Part shown: piece after piece, positions 59,687-64,000 of the stretch
How the letters are laid out: each line of letters begins with the position of its first letter
Numbering within the stretch: the stretch's first letter is position 1
NCBI GenBank assembly: GCA_964005815.1
Contig: CAXFSR010000017.1
Coordinates: 200,247-264,246 of the forward strand
DNA from: an uncultured Nitrospinaceae bacterium
GTDB lineage: Bacteria; UBA8248
Reading direction: 5' to 3'
Length of the DNA stretch: 64,000 nucleotides
Program-made: the position numbers and the translations under genes
Notes under the pieces: generated by a model
Told to the model about the DNA's origin: nothing
Databases searched by the model: none
The model's input: the letters and a program-made list of their open reading frames with translations, nothing else

Positions 59687-60601
59687 ATGAAAGAAATAGG
59701 GATGGATTTCACTTACAAAATATCTGTAAGAAAATTTTTAAAAGATTATATTAGATTTTTAATTTTTAGAAAAATAACTAAAAAGGGCTTGGATCTTTTC
59801 TTTCGAAATAAAGATATAATCACCCCCTATCCTGCTACATCTGGTCAATATGACGCACATCTAAACTATTTCATAACTGATTATTCAAAAGAATATAAAG
59901 ATTTTTTAATAGATATTGGAGCAAACATAGGGCTTATTTCCTGTCAAAATGGGGAAAGCTTTAAAGAAGTTCATATGTTTGAACCAAACCCTGACTGTTT
60001 TAAGATTCTAGAAGTAAACTCAATGATTTCACTAAAAAACACTGACTACTTTTTAAATAATTTTGGTCTTGGCAAGGAAGATGGAACGTTCGAATTATCT
60101 GTACCAACCGAAAACTGGGGAGGAGGTTTTATCAATCATGATTCTAATCCAATACTTAATAATTTGACCCTAAAAGAAAATTCTTATTCTCATAAGCACG
60201 TAAAACTTAAGAATGCACAAAACGAACTTGAAAATTTATTTAATTCTTTAAAAGAAAAGAAGCTTATGAAAGGTATAATTAAGATAGATACAGAGGGATT
60301 AGAGGAAGCAATAATTAAGGCTATAGCTAAAAAAACACCAAACAACTTCAAACTAATCCTGATTTTTGAAACCTGGAATAAGAAAATAGATATAAACTCG
60401 TTAATTTCAGATTTTGGAGATAGAGCTAAAGTATTTAAATTCTCAGAAAAAACATTGTGGAGAAAAAACGCGGGGAAAATCTCTAAATTATTTTCACTTT
60501 TAGGTTTTTTATTTGGAAAACCTGCAATCACCTACAAAACTGAAGAAATAGACAAAAACGAAACGACTATAGATTATATTATTACCGTAAGCGAAAAATA
60601 A
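59687..60601 (+). CDS. FkbM-family methyltransferase
   Basis: IDIGANIG, FEPNP and KIDTEGLE motifs. Confidence 0.85.
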   Translation: MKEIGMDFTYKISVRKFLKDYIRFLIFRKITKKGLDLFFRNKDIITPYPATSGQYDAHLNYFITDYSKEYKDFLIDIGANIGLISCQNGESFKEVHMFEPNPDCFKILEVNSMISLKNTDYFLNNFGLGKEDGTFELSVPTENWGGGFINHDSNPILNNLTLKENSYSHKHVKLKNAQNELENLFNSLKEKKLMKGIIKIDTEGLEEAIIKAIAKKTPNNFKLILIFETWNKKIDINSLISDFGDRAKVFKFSEKTLWRKNAGKISKLFSLLGFLFGKPAITYKTEEIDKNETTIDYIITVSEK

Positions 60602-60615
60602 AACAGGAGAAAAAA

Positions 60616-61017
60616 ATGGAATATGTACATCAACTAAATCCAAATGACGGAGCAACTCTTGCTCCAGGAGTTTCTACATCTTTTGGTATTGCAGTAGCGG
60701 GTGAGCGTATACACGTCGGCATGGTCAATAAAGCTCGCGGAACTGGTTCAAAACTTCATCAACATCCTAATGAGCAGTTTAATTTAGTTATGCGAGGTAC
60801 CTTAATGGGTGAAATTAATGGTGTTGAGTTTAAAGCACCAACTGGAAGCGTAATCCATATTCCAGCAAATACTCCCCATTCAATAATCGCTGACCCTGAA
60901 GATGAAGACGTTATTTTCTATGTTTCAAAAGATACCTCTGCAGAGATAACTCATGCAGATCCTATTGATGGAAAAGCAGATGGGGCAAGATTTGAATCTG
61001 GCTTCGAAGAAAGTTAA
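60616..61017 (+). CDS. Cupin domain protein
   Basis: HQHPNEQ...GSVIHIPANTPH motifs. Confidence 0.88.
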   Translation: MEYVHQLNPNDGATLAPGVSTSFGIAVAGERIHVGMVNKARGTGSKLHQHPNEQFNLVMRGTLMGEINGVEFKAPTGSVIHIPANTPHSIIADPEDEDVIFYVSKDTSAEITHADPIDGKADGARFESGFEES

Positions 61018-61048
61018 ACACTCTAGTTACTTATTCCAAACAAAAAAC

Positions 61049-61080
61049 AAAAAGCCTCCCTATCAAAAGGGAGGCTTTTT
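61049..61080. terminator. Bidirectional Rho-independent terminator
   Basis: AAAAAGCCTCCCT-N6-AGGGAGGCTTTTT between convergent genes. Confidence 0.85.
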
Positions 61081-61100
61081 TAAAATTACAAAATCTTAAA

Positions 61101-62081
61101 CTAAGGTTTTACACCATTTTCTTTCCAATAACGCATTGCACCTGGATGAATCTTTAGTTTTGCCAAACCTCTCATTCCAGTTGATTTCTTTACATGTTTT
61201 CCTACTGGATGATATTTGCTAATATTAGAAGCATTGTCATAAAGAGATTTAACAAATGTGTATGCAGTATTATTGCTCATTTTGCTACTAGCCATTAATG
61301 CCCACATCTGACCCCAACTTACGATATCCTTGTTGTAGCCTGTAATGGAACCTGCTGCAACGACATCGCGAACAAGACCAGCTTCATTTTTTGCTAAAGT
61401 AGCAATAGTTTTTTCATCAGGTCCAAAAAAGTGAAGCTTTCCAGAAAGTACTCGGGAAAGATCCATGTATGCAGGAGCTGGAATTCCACCATTTAGGAAG
61501 AAGAAACCTGCATCCACACGTTGATCCTTGATAGCAGCTGAATTCTGATTATTATTAAAGAATTCTTTTTTGGCTTTTACTCCGCTTATACCTAGAGCAA
61601 GTTGAGTTACTATGTAAATAGAACCACCACGTCCACCAACAACAAATTTTCTTCCTGTTAGGTCAGACCATTTTTTAATACCAGAAGTCTTATGAGTAGC
61701 GTAAACAACTGTTAAAGGATAAAGCGCGCCTAGCGCAAGAACATCCATAGGCTTTTTGAAAGGCTTTCTTCCAGTTTGTCCCCAAGAAACTGCTGGAGCA
61801 GTTCCCATACCTACACGGAATGGCTGCATTTTATTTTTTTTCTGCAAAGTACGAACGTTACCTGTAGAACCACCAGTAACAGCAGCTTCTACATTTAATT
61901 TTCCACCAGAACCATCATTAATAACCTTTGACATCGCAACTCCTACTTCGAAGGTTGCACCACCTGGTTGAGATGTTCCTAATAGAATTTTCTGACCAGC
62001 GCTAGTAATAGGAGAGGTACCTATTATAAGAGCAAAGACAGCGATAGTCGAAACTGCATACAGCATTAATTTCTTCATCAA
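61101..62081 (-). CDS. TAXI-family TRAP transporter solute-binding protein
   Basis: Signal peptide, GTSQPGG, TGGSTGN, DLTGR and HPGAMRYWKE motifs. Confidence 0.92.
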   Translation of the reverse strand: MMKKLMLYAVSTIAVFALIIGTSPITSAGQKILLGTSQPGGATFEVGVAMSKVINDGSGGKLNVEAAVTGGSTGNVRTLQKKNKMQPFRVGMGTAPAVSWGQTGRKPFKKPMDVLALGALYPLTVVYATHKTSGIKKWSDLTGRKFVVGGRGGSIYIVTQLALGISGVKAKKEFFNNNQNSAAIKDQRVDAGFFFLNGGIPAPAYMDLSRVLSGKLHFFGPDEKTIATLAKNEAGLVRDVVAAGSITGYNKDIVSWGQMWALMASSKMSNNTAYTFVKSLYDNASNISKYHPVGKHVKKSTGMRGLAKLKIHPGAMRYWKENGVKP

Positions 62082-62279
62082 ATTCTCCTTCTAATTACTA
62101 AATAAGGGATGAGCAAAATGAGCTCATATAAAATCGCTTTCCTAGGAAAGCTGAAAAACAACTAATGTATTTAAAAAAAAGTTAAATATGTAGTATAGTT
62201 TCTTTCAATTAAATCTAAACTACGCCCAGTCGTCAAGTACTATATTTATGACTTTTGCACTCTCAACGGAAGGAATTTT

Positions 62280-64000
62280 ATGACCAGCGAGTCTCAATCT
62301 GATAATACATCAACCCCTCTAGTTCGTGGACTTATTTTTGTATCTGCATGGGTTGCAGTTATATCTGCTCTTTATCATATCGCGGCAGTTTACTTGAGTC
62401 CTCTTCCAGGAGAGATGCACCCAAACATGCATATGCTCCTAGCCTACATCATTCTTTTAGTTGGTGGTGCCGGTGCTATGCCAGATGTCTACGGAGAAAA
62501 AATAAAAAAACTAAATATTCTCCCTATCCTATATGTTGCTTCTCTTTTTCCAGCTGTCTTCTTTTTTTATTTTGCTGAGGAATTAGGAGAGGGCTGGTCA
62601 GAACAAAATTTGTTATGGATATATGCTCTTCCATTTATTATTTGGGCAGCGATGATGGTTATCGAGAAATCTTGGTATGCTCTCACTTTGTGGTTTCTCG
62701 GCTTCGTTCCATTTTTCCTTTTACTGTCAAACTGGAGTTCTCTTTCTGAAAGTACACAAGAACCAACTTTATGGTGGTTCCTTTTAGCTTCAGCAATCCC
62801 AACGATGTGGACCTTGTTTGGTGTTTTTTATAGACCTCTTTCTGGTATTAAAAATGCAGGAGTTTCAATTATAGTTTTTTTTGCTTCTCTCTTCTTAATT
62901 TGTTGGCGTGTTTTTCTATGGGCAAATCAAACTGATGCTATAAGAAGTTTTACTTACTTATGGCCTCTTCTTGTTCTTATGGTTCCTTTAATCTGGGCAA
63001 GAAGAAAAATGAGGGAAAAATTTTCAGAAACTCCTTCATACCCATACCCTGCAGGGCTGACGATCGGATTGAACTCAGGAATGCTTCTTTACGTTGTAGT
63101 TGCATGCCTCTACTTATTCTATTTTCATGAAGAAATGGTAGATAGAGTATCTGCTCCTACAGTTGCGGATACTCGTGTTGGCTTTATTATGATGGTTGTT
63201 GCATTAGAACTCACAAGACGTTCATTTGGTCCTCCTCTTCCTATTTTAGCTATCATCTCGATTTCTTATGGAATCTGGGGCAATTTATTCGCCTCACCTT
63301 TCGGACATGGTGGACACACTTGGGTGGAAATGTTGGCTAAGCTAACTACAGATTTTATCGGAGGAATTTTAGGATTCCTTGTTGTTATTTCTGCTACTTT
63401 TATAATCATGTTCCTTATTCTTGGCGCCTTTCTGCATGAATCAGGAGCAGGAAAATTTTTCGTAAATTTAGCTTTAGGATTATTTGGAAAAATGAGGGCT
63501 GGTGCTGGTCTTGCTGCAGTTGGTTCAAGCGCACTGATGGGAACGGTTTCTGGAAGTGCTTCTGGAAACGTTGTTACTACAGGAACATTTACAATCCCAC
63601 TTATGAAACGAATTGGTCTTAGTCCTCATATTGCAGGTGCAGCAGAAGCTGCTGCAAGTAGCGGGGGTCAGATTATGCCGCCTGTTATGGGTGCTGGCGC
63701 TTTTATTATGGCTGAACTAATAGAGGTTCCTTATTTTCAAATCATCCTGTATGCAACTATTCCTGCCATACTTTATTTCGTCATCGTAGGTATTAATATT
63801 CACTTTGCCTCTGGCGCACTAAATATGAAACCGTTAGCCAAAAGTGAAATCCCTGATTGGAAAATGGAACTTCGATCTGGATGGTTTTATTTGGTTCCTC
63901 TTGCATTTTTAGTCTATTTTTTATTCGAAGGAAGAACACCTGTTTTTGCTGGCGTAATGTCAGTATTTATAATGGTTGGAGTTTGGTTCTATCGAAATAC
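62280..64000 (+). CDS. TRAP transporter fused 4TM/12TM permease, TAXI-associated (3'-partial, absent from the ORF track)
   Basis: Translated by hand from ATG 62280 (SD AAGGA): MTSESQ...LELTRRSFG...ESGAGKFF...SSALMGTVSGSASGNVVTTGTFTIPLMKR...EAAASSGGQIMPPVMGAGAFIMAE; appears to run off the window end. Confidence 0.92.
   Translation, partial: MTSESQSDNTSTPLVRGLIFVSAWVAVISALYHIAAVYLSPLPGEMHPNMHMLLAYIILLVGGAGAMPDVYGEKIKKLNILPILYVASLFPAVFFFYFAEELGEGWSEQNLLWIYALPFIIWAAMMVIEKSWYALTLWFLGFVPFFLLLSNWSSLSESTQEPTLWWFLLASAIPTMWTLFGVFYRPLSGIKNAGVSIIVFFASLFLICWRVFLWANQTDAIRSFTYLWPLLVLMVPLIWARRKMREKFSETPSYPYPAGLTIGLNSGMLLYVVVACLYLFYFHEEMVDRVSAPTVADTRVGFIMMVVALELTRRSFGPPLPILAIISISYGIWGNLFASPFGHGGHTWVEMLAKLTTDFIGGILGFLVVISATFIIMFLILGAFLHESGAGKFFVNLALGLFGKMRAGAGLAAVGSSALMGTVSGSASGNVVTTGTFTIPLMKRIGLSPHIAGAAEAAASSGGQIMPPVMGAGAFIMAELIEVPYFQIILYATIPAILYFVIVGINIHFASGALNMKPLAKSEIPDWKMELRSGWFYLVPLAFLVYFLFEGRTPVFAGVMSVFIMVGVWFYRN

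Noticed and set aside
62348..62578. 76-aa Cys-rich ORF in the track
   Set aside because: Out-of-frame overlap of the TRAP permease starting at 62280.
1..64000. tRNA, rRNA, CRISPR arrays, IS elements, prophage or defence systems
   Set aside because: Intergenic gaps are short and AT-rich, with no cloverleafs, spaced repeats, transposases or integrases visible by eye.

Overview
AT-rich bacterial chromosomal segment, gene-dense and mostly housekeeping. It contains a dnaK-dnaJ-hspR-grpE-dnaJ heat-shock operon, valS-birA-coaX, ffh-rpsP-rimM-trmD-rplS, fmt-rsmB-PASTA-rpe, recA, umuDC, rpsB-tsf-pyrH-frr-uppS-cdsA-dxr-pgpA-cinA, rplM-rpsI-argC-argJ and dnaE. Two small accessory metabolic patches are interspersed: about 12-17 kb (SDR, B12/radical SAM, cyclase, luciferase-like monooxygenase, MarR) and about 57-64 kb (duplicated alpha/beta-barrel protein, CYTH, three cupins, CMD, FkbM, TAXI-TRAP transporter). 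The gene order resembles Deltaproteobacteria/Nitrospina-like lineages, but this is an inference only. I saw no rRNA, tRNA, CRISPR array, integrase or transposase. Most notable: (1) the radical SAM gene ends WFC-TGA-AEP with a hairpin immediately after the TGA, i.e. a probable selenoprotein truncated in the ORF track; (2) umuDC is inserted between cinA and recA, and the divergent recA/umuD promoters share an unfamiliar TTCGTA-N5-TACGAA-like motif, a candidate new SOS box; (3) two HAIR-like HspR operators lie over the dnaK promoter; (4) a TorD-type chaperone appears split into two convergent genes, one needing an ATT start; (5) a TRAP permease missed by the ORF track carries a large extra membrane insert. 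All product calls come from recognising motifs by eye; no database searches were run.
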